This document shows, in pieces, positions 49,872 through 62,700 of a stretch of DNA of 64,000 nt. The stretch comes from Lytechinus pictus. Lineage: Eukaryota. The notes beneath the pieces are model-generated. The model saw only the letters and a program-made list of their open reading frames with translations, had not been told where the DNA came from and made no database searches. The first letter of the stretch is position 1; each line of letters starts with the position of its first letter. The DNA is taken from positions 22,632,001 through 22,696,000 of the forward strand of contig NC_087251.1 in assembly GCF_037042905.1 (NCBI RefSeq), written 5' to 3'. Position numbers and translations under genes: made by a program.

Positions 49872-52205
49872 CTGGTACCAGCAGATCCACTCTAAGTTCC
49901 ATATGTGTGCCTTCACCAGAAAAAGCAGCCTTGACCTGTAGGGGGAGGTCCTCATCTTCTGAAGGCTGTATATGAAATTGCATGAGTCTAAAGCGACAGG
50001 CATTCAATGGCTGAAACTCAATCATGCGGGAGTCCACAAACACATTCTTATTTGCACACTTGTGTAGTTCTACATCATTCATCTTGATCCAATCCGAGGT
50101 TTTATTTGGGATGATGTGTTGTCTGGCAACAACATCCATGCCTTTGATCTGGACATCATTAAGACCTATTGCACAGTCAGGGCTTCCGGAGAGAAAGGAC
50201 AAGATATTGAGGCTAACAGATATGGATTGCCGCAAAGTATCTCCATTGTCATTCACAAAGCAACGGCATTCATCAGAAACAACAACTTTTATCATGTCCT
50301 GTTGGTAGTGAGCGCCTCTATCCTGGTAAAGGGTCAATTTCATCAAGGCATCATTGATAGTAAACACAAAGCTCTGGAACACCTTAAAATCAAGAGAACC
50401 AAGCTTCATAAGTTCTTCAAGGTGGGATTCTTTTTCGTACATGGATTTGGCACTCACTCTCCGTTTTTCTTTGTAGGAGATGTACAAAAGTTTAATTGTG
50501 TGTATTTTACCCTTGTAATCAAACTGCTGAAGATTTGGATGGCTTATCTCATAGTTGCTCTGCAAGGGCAGTTCACGGAATGGTTCCTTTCTAGTCCTGT
50601 CATAATATAACTGAAGGATGTTTCCTTCAGCTAGTTTTACATGGATAGGCTGCCAGGAACGTGAGCCTGCAATGCGTTTTTTATCGGGAACTCTGAGTTT
50701 TAGAGGCCATCCTATTGACAGATCCTCTTGCTCACGAGGGTACTGATCCTGGAATAGCTTGTCACTATAAGGAGATGATAAATTTGACTTTATGCTTGTC
50801 TGGGTGTTGAAAGCGAGTTTACCACTGTCAGGCATATCACTCCCCTCTGTAATTGATGTTGTTGTAGGCGAAACAATGGCTGCAAGTGTCTGCTTGCCTA
50901 GAGAAATGTTCTGATGTGTTGAAGAATAGCCACTCTGAGGAGATGTTGGAAAGAACTGTTGCTGCTGCTGCCACTGATTAGGCTTCATACCAATTGGACT
51001 TACTGGCTGAGATGCATATGAAGCGGGAGAGAGGATGGCTGTAGTTAGTTTATCATCATGTTGCACAGCACTGGACTGCATCAATGGTTGTACTGCCATG
51101 ACTTGCCTCACAGGTTGTGCAGCTGATACATTTTGTTGGGCAGCTGCCGCACTTTGTTGTGCAGCTGCAGCAGCAGCAAAAATAGCTTGTCCCTGTACTT
51201 GCTGCTGTGGTGTAAATGATGCAGACACATTAGATCTGTTGGGAACATTAGAAGCTACTGCTATATCTGCAAATGGATTACCTGGACTGCTTGGCACTTT
51301 CTGATTATTTGCTGAAGCACCATCTGTATCATCAAAGGTTGTCCATGTGGAAGGTGCATTTGATTTAACAGGTGTGGTTACCAACTCTGACCCGCTCAAG
51401 TTGAGGAAGGGGTTGTATGGTGAGACAGTCCTCCGAACCTGTTCCTCCATAACTTTTTGTTTCTCTAACTGCTTCAGAGTCAACATATCTGCTTTAAAAG
51501 GGTTTCCAGGAGAAGCTGTTTCATACTTTGAATCAGAAGCAGAAGCTACTTCAGATAACATGGATACTTCTAAATCATGCGCATGGTCAGTCATGTGAAC
51601 AGGGGTTGAAGTGGCTGTAACTGTCCTTGAGGAATTTATGTGAATGCCAAAACTTATATCTTCCTGTTTTAGTTTCTTTACTTGAATATGACTAGGAGTA
51701 GCATGTTCCTTTTTGGTAGTCTCAAGAGGTCTGCTGTCCCTCATTGCACTAACATGTAGTTCCTCTACAGGACATTCTTGAGTGATAGAGTTCTCACAAG
51801 ATGATAAAACAGGTGATGGTCTAGAGGATGTTGAAGATATTGTCACATCATTGTCATAATTGAACTGCACCCACTGGGCAGGAGCAGGACTGGACACTCT
51901 AGAGGTGTCCAGACTACCATTTTCTTCACTAATCCCCTTTACTGGGACCACACTCTTCAATGGGGTTGAACTCACAACTTTCCTAGAGTCTCCAAACCTG
52001 ACCCATTGTTCTGGGTGAGGGGTAACATTTCCTGGCTTTGGTGATGACGACAATGATTCTAAAGGCATGTACTCTCTTGAGCTCGAGATGTTATCATGGG
52101 ATCCTGAAAAGCTACCTCTTGAAGATATCACTGATGATGCTACAGCTGAATGATGATCATCAGATGCTTGGGATGTGACATCAGCACCACTCTGAACTGA
52201 CCCAC
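49872..52205 (-). CDS. STON2: Stonin, exon 2 (WxxF/NPF region, stonin homology domain, start of mu-homology domain)
   Basis: GWPLKLRVPDKKRIAGSRSWQPIHVKL is the stonin homology domain; LSFLSGSPDCAIGLND and FQPLNACRFRLMQF are mu-homology motifs; 2334 nt, phase 1/1. Confidence 0.96.
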
Positions 52206-55030
52206 CTGCATACAAAAGGAGATAGATAAACAAGCATTGATCATATAAGGGTAAAGGGTAAAACAGACTACATGCATTCTTCAATTTGATTTCCAAATAT
52301 AAATCAAGTTTCTTTTTAAAAAATTCAAAAACAACCATTTTTGGAGAAACAGAGAACTAAGCATTTCCCCCTAATAAATTGTGATTGAAAATGCAGTAGT
52401 TTTTCCATGTACATTATATTGCTAAATCTTGAGATTATAGAAAACCCATCTCCATCAGCCTATTAAAGTGAAGGTATTCTGCATAGGCATGGAATATGAC
52501 CTTAACCTGCACACTTTCTTGGGCTCCCATGTCTGAATAATGTATGTGGTGCCATAAATTACCCTAAGCTAAAACTGAAGTATCACCACTTGAAACCTGC
52601 AAATTAGCTGGATAATTTTGAAATAGACTATTAGTTGTCAAATTATTTGTTACTCGCACTATTTCTGATCTAGCAAGTTATTCTGATTAGAATAATATAA
52701 AGATCATTTGCAATGGAGGTGCAATCAGCAGCATATTTCATTGCAAATTATACTATACATTGACTTGAGACTGAAAGCTTGATATTAAAGGTAATAGACA
52801 GTAGTTGCAGCAAACAATTGTTTCATGAGAAAGTCTTTTAAATAAAGGTTAATTGTCCAAATATTATCATATATCTAGATCTGGTACATTGGTGTAAATT
52901 TATCTTTGTAAAATCATGAAATCTTAGCTCAAAATCTATAACTCTGATGATCACTAACACAGAAAAGCATATATGTGGGACAGTGTATTAACATTGCTTC
53001 GAAAAATATGAGATATTTGATGAAATTCTGTGCTAATTTCAAGAGCTATTTGACACAAACATAAAAACTTTGGTGGTAATTTCATTGGATTCTCTCATTT
53101 TGAGATCATTACCACTACTGGTATTTATCTTTAAGATCATCTCTCTAATAGCATCAGATGTCCATTGCAAATAATCTTCAATTCATTTTGACCAAAGTAA
53201 CTTGCTGGATCAGAAATATTGGGGATATCAGGAATAGATTGAAAACTCTGGTAGATGGGCCTCGTAACATCCTTCACAAAATATTTGTCTGCTTGCTTTT
53301 GAGCAAGTTAAAGATCTATCGTCCACTGATGTGCCTTGCTCGACACTAGGTGAAACAGCTGTGTAAATGTCATGACTTCTCCACCCAAAAAGCTTTCAAG
53401 TGAACATGAAAGAACAGTACAACAGCCATTCAGACGGATTTAAACAAAAATGTATTGTACTCTACATATAGACTAGATTGTATTATACAACTCATACAAA
53501 GATTCCTGTAATTTGATTGGTTGAGAGCCATTCAATATTTGATCCACTTTGTGCTGCATGAAAATTTTATTTTCCATTTTTCAGTTTGTACGACTGATCA
53601 TGTTTGTGTACGTACATTTTGTATGTACATGCGTGGGTGTTTGCACACATTGAAGTACATGTAAGCGCATCAACAAGGCTGTCTGAGCGCACTCAGATTC
53701 ATGAATCAAAGTGCATCACAAAAGTACAAAAACATTTAACTGCTTTCATACACGGAAAATAATCATGTTTTCATCGGACAAAGGCAAATATATTTTAATT
53801 CCATCTTCTTTTTTTTTTTTCTTTCTAGTTTGTCAAATAACAGTCGTTGTATAAACCAAATGATGCATGTCTTCATTCGTTCATTATGCAACCTATCCAC
53901 TCTCGTTGAGGCTGTGTTCAACCCATTGCACTCAGCCTAACAGCAGTGGATTGAACAGAGCCTCAACTCGAGTGACGATAGATCGCATCATGAACTCATG
54001 TGCTTGCATCATTTGTATATTGTACAGTGTACACTATGTACACCAGGAAACAAAGTTTAATTTTTTGTTAAATGTGCACCCATACAGGCATGATCACTAA
54101 TTCCACAAGCTGCAAACCAACCCAATAATTTTTGTGCTAATAACTTACAGTAGACCTACATTTCCTTAGACAAACGATCCCCTTTTTCCATATTTTCATT
54201 AGCATTTCAAAAAGTGGAAAGATTCTATCGAGTGTAATTAGTTTGCAAATCAAAAATAAGGCAAGTGATTATCTGTTCTCTTGCAAATGCGATCCAAATG
54301 AATAAACTTCTCGAACATTTTATTTTGTTAGCTTTATAAGAAAAAACAGGCTTTGTAATCATATCTTTAATTTTGTAGTAAATGCAAAAAATGAGTTTCT
54401 TGGACATTTTGCTGAAAAGGGCATTTCTAGCAACAACCTTGTATTGAAAATTGTATGCCTACAATTGTGAGACTACACATTTCATCAGAAATTTTCTCAG
54501 AAAAGTTTGATACAAATAAAGTTGGGTATCATCTTAACATAGTATAGAGTGAAATAATTGTTTTTTTTTATTCCCACACTTGGGTGATTGCTGAATTTTT
54601 GGGGCTACATGCAAATCTTTTATTCAAAGGGCCACTTTTGTTGCAGCAAGCAATTATGCTATATAGGCCTACAATCAAATCTTATTATTCTGCCGTATTT
54701 TCTAATTTTTTTTAATATGGTTTGTGGCAGATCTTGGGGCGACTTAACAAAGAAGGTGGTCTCCCCAAAGCATTCTATTTTTGGAATATCAGGGGCAATT
54801 TTGGCTGTCATGAGAACAAACTTGCCTATCAGTGTTGCCTATCACCCTCATGTATTTCCTATGATAAATGCCATGAAAGTCACAGACGAAATGATCACTG
54901 TTTTCCATGTAGGCCTACATCTAACAGATCAAGCTTGGTTTGACCTCATTAATAATCTTTAATAAAAGTTTTCCTGTTTTGAGAAACTAAGCAAAACTTA
55001 AAAATTTCATAACTTTTGGTATTTCACACT

Positions 55031-55433
55031 TTAAAGAGAAATTCCAGTAGTTGCAGTAAACACTGATTTCATGAGAAAGTCTGTAAAACCAGGCTTAATT
55101 GTCAGTATATCATCGAGGATCTAGATCTGGTACAGTTACATAAACTGAACTTTGTGAAATCTTGAAATCTACGCTGAAAAATGTTCAGACTGAACTTCCC
55201 CAACACAGATAAGCGCACGTGGGACAGTGTATAATTATTGCTTTGAGCGTCGGGCCCGACGCTCTACCCGAATCCTGTGCTTATTTGCTGATTTCTCAGC
55301 AATTACACAATTTCTTCCAGAATCCTTTGGCACATGCGTTTTATTTATACAAACAGACACTTTGGTAGTCATTTCATTGGATTCTGTACGAACTCATTTT
55401 GATATCGTTACCAAAACTAGCATTTACCTTTAA
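55031..55433. mobile_element. TTAA-flanked MITE family 2
   Basis: TTAAAGAG...CAGTAGTTGCAG...CATTTACCTTTAA; diverged copy at about 52785-53134 and an inverted fragment at about 3780-4020. Confidence 0.72.
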
Positions 55434-57534
55434 TGAACCTTGATGAACTTTTCACAGTAATATGCCTGTTTGTCTGTCTATACTCTAAAGTTCATTCATA
55501 TCAGCTAGTTTGGTAGGGGTTTACCCTTGCACAAAGAAATGAAATTAGTTGTTACATTGATATGTTTTAAACAAATCATACCCCTCCCCTCCTCCATTTT
55601 GTTTTGATGCACCTTGGGTGTACGTACATATAAATTTTCATCAATACTGGTAAACCTGGTTGTACACTATCAAATAATCAGCTTATTAATAGGTGAGAGC
55701 TCTTCTCTAAAAGAAGTTTCCACTCCAATGAGCTGATTTTTCATTCATGTTACAACAAATTTAACATTTAAAACTCAGAACTAAATCAATTTAGCGTACA
55801 AACATGTACATATTCCTAATTACAATTAGAGGAGGCGGGGAAAGCTCAGTTGACAGCGCAATTGTCTTGTATTCCATCAACAAACGTTCTACACACTAGC
55901 ACCCCAGAGAAGACCGTTGCTCCTCTGGTTGCCTTAAAAATACAAGCATTCCTGCTTGTACCACCACCACTTACCAAAACATGTAATGCCTACTCCTCAT
56001 ACTAAAATCAATAGACAACCCAACAATGAGTGACACACCCCTTTCCAGCAGCTTTACATCCCACAGGGTTTATCAGACCAAACATTGAAACACAAACACA
56101 ACCCTCTCAAGAAAACACTATCACAGCAGGCTATGTCAAAAATAGGGGTTCCCATCCAGCCACTTAGTATCCTACCACTACACTTGTCATCACTATACAT
56201 CCAGCAGTTGTGCATGAACTCTGAGGTCAAAATTATTATCCCACCAGGGAGCAAACTTTCTGACCTCAGTCTATAAAATTGTTGATAGTCTGTACAGCAT
56301 ACTGGAAACAGCAAATGTGTAGCACTCAGTAAAATATGACTTTTAAATGAACATGTCACACCAAAGGCAGAACAAAATTAGACTCAAGAAACATAAAGAC
56401 AGAGCTACATGTACACTTGTCACTTACCATTTGTACATTAATAGTTTTCTAGACGAGCTCATCATGTTCCCACTTCGAATTTTAACACTTCTCTATTTCA
56501 CAATATTTTGCCCAGCACTATTTCTCCCACCCAAAGTTATATGACGTATTTCAATGTTCACAGTCACAGTCAAGGTAAACAAAACGTGAAAATACATCTA
56601 GATAAGCAAACATTGTCTTTGCAGTTAGGAAAATTTTAATGTAAACAAAAATAGTTTTTATGAACAAATATTACACAGTTTCCCTCACCACATACACGTC
56701 CGTAAATTGTGATCCAACCCATATCCGGTACCCACAGATTTTGTGTTTCATTTTTTCATTAATTGTCCTTCAGTCTGAGTAATTTTAAATTAGAAGTAGA
56801 AAGTAAATATTTTGAAATTACATTAATAAGTGGCCAATTACCATCAGTAAACAACATGAATACAAGACAAATATATAATTCTGAAGAATTGATTACAATT
56901 TTGGCACATCAATTTCTATGATCTGATTGAAAACAAATTGCACAAATGGTCAGTTATGGGTTTCTGATCCAGGATTAGGAATTTGACATGGACAGAACAG
57001 AAGTAGAGGTCAATTAAGGAACATGCAAAACCATAAGTTGTCTCTTAATCTTCATCCCCTCTTCTTCAGCTACATGCACTTTTATTCCTTCTCTTACCCC
57101 TTCTCCTTTTCCTTTCCACTGTCTCCTCACAATTTCAAAACTCCCTTTAAGGGGTACATGTACTCAACCTGAGAATATGTTTCTTTAAATAATCAAACAC
57201 ACAAATAGAAGAAAATTCCATCTGAATCAGATTAAAATTATGAAAGCTATCAAGTTTTGTGTCTTGATGCATCTTTATCTTGTGCATATTTTCATAAATA
57301 ACACAGGTTTCTTGAAACCAATATTTGTAATCATTATGTTTCATATACACTGTACAATTTTTAAAGCACAGTGAGCAAAGCTGTGCAATATTTTATATCT
57401 GTTTCATGTACTCTTCTAAATGGAAAAAATGGCTGTTTCCTTGCCATTTTTTTCAAAAGGGCTACAAAAGAACTTTAATAGTGGCCAATGACCTAAATAT
57501 AGAAGGATCACCTGCCTTTTGAAGCATTGAAAAA

Positions 57535-58005
57535 GTACCCCCACACAAACGTCTACTGTACCCCTTTCACCTGAGGACCCGTTTTAGGTGAACTTACTAA
57601 GTGCCCTTTTTCGTATTATAGTGCCAATTTTTACAAAGAAAACAACCCCTCTCGAACATGCTGTGTGCCCTTTTCACCTGTGATAATGACCTGTTTTATG
57701 TGTTAGCAAGTGCCATTTCTCATAGGAGTGCCAATTTTTACCCCAAAATCCCCCCTTATGAATGTGTTCTGTGCCCCTTTCACCTGAGAAGGACCCAGTG
57801 CCTCCTTGCCTTCTTGTAAGTGCCCTTTCTCGAATCTGTGCCCCTTTTTTTTTCTGTGTGAGCAAGTGCTCCTTGCCTTCTTATAGGTGCTCTTTCTCAA
57901 ATCAGTGCCCCTTTTTACAGAAGAAAAGTGCCCCTCATGAATGTTTTCTGTGCCCTTTCACCTGAGAACGGCCCGTTTTAAATGTTAACGAGTGCCCCTT
58001 TGAAA
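57535..58005 (+). repeat. Degenerate GTGCCC(C)TTT repeat tract
   Basis: Numerous GTGCCC/GTGCCA motifs followed by T-runs, with recurring TTCACCTGAG. Confidence 0.65.
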
Positions 58006-59593
58006 CAAGAAAACAATATTCTCATTTTTATATATTACTGTAGTTGTGGAGGAAAAAAACAAAGTAGTAATAATAATCCTATGTGCCTTAAGTTTATGGA
58101 GTCATTTGAGTGGGGTAGATAAGCAGTGGCGTACAGATGGGGGGACATTTTCTGAATAATATGTCAAAATCTATCACAAAATTTGATTTTCGTTATAAAT
58201 AGGTCAAAATTTGTGCTCGCTTGTAACTTCTTACATGTACATGTATACATTTTATGATACAACAAATCTAGCCCCCTCAAAATTTTTGGCTCATTACGCC
58301 ACTGTGCCCCACACCCCCTATTTCAACTTCTCTCCACCGCCCCTGTGTTTACACAACCCTAAGTTTGGATTCTCCTTGAAAAGTTTCCGCATTGAAACAT
58401 GCAAGTAATAAAAATGTATTTCATGTCTGGTGTATATTCTTTAAACTATTTAATAATACACTCAAATATTGAAGCAAACAAATTCTTTTTAAAATCTAAA
58501 CTGATCTTAGATTTATCAAATCTGAATACAGGCTACATGTACATGTAGGACTATAAACTTTACGTGTACATGTATGCATCGTGTTGTTCCATCTTGGGAC
58601 AGTGATTTTCTGTTTAAACGCTGTCCTTTTCTGTTTCTGCTAATAACCTGTAATTCCATTCCAAACTTGGTCTAAACTCTAAAATGGAAATTCTGTTTTG
58701 TCATGAATAGAAAATGTACAACAGCAAAAACATGAATTCCCATTTTGCAAAGGTAATTCAATGAATTTGTACATGAAAAGTAAACAACAAATTCCATTTC
58801 GATTTACCAGTTTACAAACAGAAAATCACTGTCCCTATTCACCATTTGATTTGTACATGTACTCTTATCATTATTAACTCGTGAAGTGCATTTTGTACGA
58901 AGGAGGAATAACTTGTATGAATCCTCCATGTTTGTACTTGTATAAACATGGATTCATACCAAGTGGTCCTACAAAATACAAGTCTAAGCTATTGTTAGTA
59001 CCTTGTCTATTATGCCCATCAAATGGAGCATTTACTACATGTAAAGGTAGCCTATTCACATCATGTATTTTGTACTGAATGCACCCCAGGTATAATCCTG
59101 ACTTGGGCCAAAGTTCACATCTTTGTGAAATGCAAACAAAATATCTCCACATGCAGGTAAAGATACAAGACATTCACATTCCACATTAGTCTGTGACTGA
59201 TGTTTTAATTGTCAATCTTAAAGCATGCCACTCCCAGTTCCAAGTACATGTAAAAATGTACAACTACAGTTAGTTGATGTGAAATTTCATAATGAAAATT
59301 CAGGCAAAAAGAAGTAACTTCAAATCCCCTCTAAAGAAAATAAAAAAGTGGTGAAAATCAGTTTTGAATTAAAATAAAAGAGGTTTTAAATGGAAAATGC
59401 ATTGCAATATTGTCAATGATCATTTACAGGTGAGGTAGCATAGCAAAGTTCTGAATGAGAAGATTCATAATGTATTCCAACAGATGTGATTACACCAATT
59501 CAAACATTTGAATATTTCATTCTAAACCTGTTGTCACACACAATGCTGTACATGTAGTTTGGCATTTAATTGTTTGATAACATGAGTAGAGGC

Positions 59594-60067
59594 CAGGGTA
59601 GGGCTCAATTACTTTCTTCAATTACAATTAAAATTCCAATTACGTAATTCAAGAAATGTTAAATTACAATTCTTTTCAATTTTCATTATTTTCAATTTTA
59701 CCAATTACTTTTGTCGATTACATTTCAATTACTTTAAGTCATAAATCAGAATATATCAGATCAATTTATAATTTGTATGTAGCACTTCTTTATGGCAATT
59801 CTCCTCTTTCCTCTCTATCATGGGAAAGGATTAATTTCATGCAAGAGATAGCTATTAGGGAGAAGAGAAATAAGCAATCCAGAGTAAATTGAATAATGAA
59901 TTAATGAAGTAATGTAATTGAATGTAATTAAAAGTAATTAATAGTAATTTAAGTCAAATACAATTTTTAAATTACAATTACAATTACTTTCTCTTTAAAT
60001 ATTTCAATTACATGTACAAATATGTACATGTAATTAATCAATTATTTTGTAATTGAGCCCAACCCTG
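59594..60067. mobile_element. Non-autonomous hAT-like element with AATTAC subterminal repeats
   Basis: TIRs CAGGGTAGGGCTCAATTAC and GTAATTGAGCCCAACCCTG; 8-bp TSD GTAGAGGC/GTAAAGGC. Confidence 0.85.
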
Positions 60068-62252
60068 GTAAAGGCTAAACTAAGATTACATTTCAGAAAT
60101 ATACTCTGAGTCTAGATACTTGAGAAAATGATGGTTACAAAAGTGAATACACCTTCAGTACTGGTATGTTATACCTCCACTGAAATTTGATCAAATCAGG
60201 AGTAAACAGGACCTGGGAGTAGATCCATCATCTTTCATTAAATCTGCATACATATTCTAGATAGGAAGTAGGCCTATGGGTGCTCTGTGCTTTAAAAGTT
60301 GAATGGGAGAGGTAATTGGTGTTGATGATGTCTTCTATCAGTAACACGCATCAAGCACACCACTTCTGAATATATGGAAGAGGACAGAGGAGGTATGCAA
60401 CTCTGAACACTACAATAATGTACGTCCATCCAAGATGTCATCAAAGAGAGGTGAGATATTAAAAAAATTCAGGATACAAAATATTAATAATAAATGCTAA
60501 CATTTATAGGGTGCTTTATACGGTTGTTTCAAAGCGCACAGGTGGGCTGACTAAAGTAAACAATTAATTCTTTAAAAAAAAAAAAAAAACCTACATGTAT
60601 GCTGGTGTTGAGAAAAGGTGAGTTTTTAGTGAGGATTTGAAAATTTCAACAGAGGGAGCATTTTGAATGAGTTGACTCCTCACAAGAATGGTAACATATT
60701 ATACTGAAAATTAATGCTTGAAATATATGACCATGTAACAAGTCCTATTTTTATGATCATATTTCAATGTAAATATATCACAGGGTGTACTCACTTTTGT
60801 TGCTACCATTTTCTCATATATATAGACTTTGATAAATAATAATAATGGATCATAAACATTGCAAATTATGATTTTACTCTATGAGTCTATGTTAAAGAGG
60901 GAGAACCAATTAACTGTGGACTGTTATTGACTGGAAATGACTATAAACAAAGTCTTAAAATATACCTACATGTAATTTGCACAAACTAGTAATACAGAGG
61001 ATAATTTAGGCTTTATTATTACCTATACAAGGCATATTAGCAGATAAATAAACATCATATTTTGCTCGCTACTTTCAATCTGAGACCAAGGAGGTAAAAA
61101 TTTGCCATGTTGCCCTCCCCGGGCTTTGCCCATAGGTATCCTGTACAAAAACAGAGGGCAATATTGGCCATATTTCTGCTAGTGCACTTGCGCAGTAGGA
61201 GCCGATTTTGATTGCTAATTCAGTATTTGAGAAATCTAGCTGGAACCAGTTTATGAACCAACGCATTGTAAATAATGCGTGGTGCGACCAGTGCATCTCT
61301 ACGCAGTGCATACACAAAACCAAGCGCAAGATTTCCATGCGTTAAGTGTACAGGGGTGTATGTGCGTGCCATGCATGATGCACAACTACTAGGTTACAAT
61401 TAATACGTCATAATACTTAGCAAGGGTTACTTTACATCGTGAATAACCTGAAATCATGAGTGACAAGCAAACAGGCATATAAATTGTTCCAAATAATAGC
61501 TTGTATTACACATTGGACAGCCTTTCATAGTAGTAATACTACTAATAATAATATTTACTGGCTCTTCTTTAGGGAAACATCAAATATGTTGCCCTTAGAA
61601 GAACCATATTGCCCTCGTCTATTAAAAGACTTGTGTCTCTTGATTATAAATAATTCAAGTTTCAAATTTGATTTGTTAAATAATAATTTTTATTGATCTT
61701 CAAAACGGCATTTTGTAACATCGCTGATCGAAGCTATGTCATGATGAAGCGGTTCAAGGGTCAAGCCTACTTGCCGTGTTTACAAATGGATCAAGGGATC
61801 TACACGAGATCGGTCTGGTAAGAAACTTTCATTTTTCATATTTAGATCTATACTAAAAATAATTTTAACCCCTTCATACGCAATTGAATAGGCGTATGAA
61901 GGTTCAATAAGAGAAACAAAACCGATTTCACCCTCTAATTATGGATTTCCTAGGGAAATCCATCCTTGTTGACAAGCCTTGCTTATGCATATATGGCAAC
62001 CATTTCAAGGCTATGTGATGAAAAAGTATATGTAAAAAACTTTAAAAATGAAATATCATCACGGAGTCAGCTATGTGCGGCCCGCGTCTACACCCTTTTC
62101 AACGCTTTGTCTGTTTTTTTTTTTTGTCACGCATGCGCATGTGCACAGCCACAGCAATATATTTGACTGCTCCAACCCCCCCCCCCCCCCAGGATATTAC
62201 CCAGAATTTGTCTAATTTTACTTTCAAAGTGAACATAGATTCTACAACGTAC

Positions 62253-62508
62253 CTGTATGTTGAGTTATCACAGGCCGCTGGGTCTCCTCCGGGCGATGAC
62301 CCGTAGTCGTGGGAGTACCTCGGCGCGGTGATTCTTCAAACTTCACCCAACTTCTGCTGGAACCTGCGCCCACCTCTCCAGGACCAGGCTCAACAACCAT
62401 AACGCCAGAGTCTTCTCTTGATTTACCTGCCAAGGGTAGGACTGGTCCTTTCCCAACAACATCCCTATCTTCGTCATCTCCATCGTCAAATGACACCCAG
62501 TCAGACAT
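62253..62508 (-). CDS. STON2: Stonin, coding exon 1 (MSDWVSFDD...SWVKFEE...)
   Basis: AAAATG start; two WVxF-acidic AP-2 appendage-binding motifs characteristic of stonin N-termini; GTACG donor at 62252; phase 1. Probably a single invertebrate co-ortholog of STON1/STON2. Confidence 0.88.
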
Positions 62509-62700
62509 TTTATCTCAGCATTTCGAGTGATTCTTTGGCAGATTTACGTAAATTCTTCTCCAGACTCCACCGCAAATACTCGCAAACGTCTCTCTCGCGC
62601 GCGCTCAGCGATAGAAGTAGGTAAGTTACACACACGTGTACGGTACGGTACGGTGGTGTCGCCTATCCTATGCGCCCATCACGGGGCGGGGCCAGTACCA
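62509..62700 (-). promoter_or_regulatory. Putative stonin promoter / 5' UTR
   Basis: CpG-rich stretch with GCGCGCGC and a GC box GGGGCGGGGC (about 62682) upstream of the ATG. Confidence 0.5.

Noticed and set aside
50024..51598. Plus-strand ORFs over the large stonin exon
   Set aside because: Antisense shadows of the stonin coding exon.
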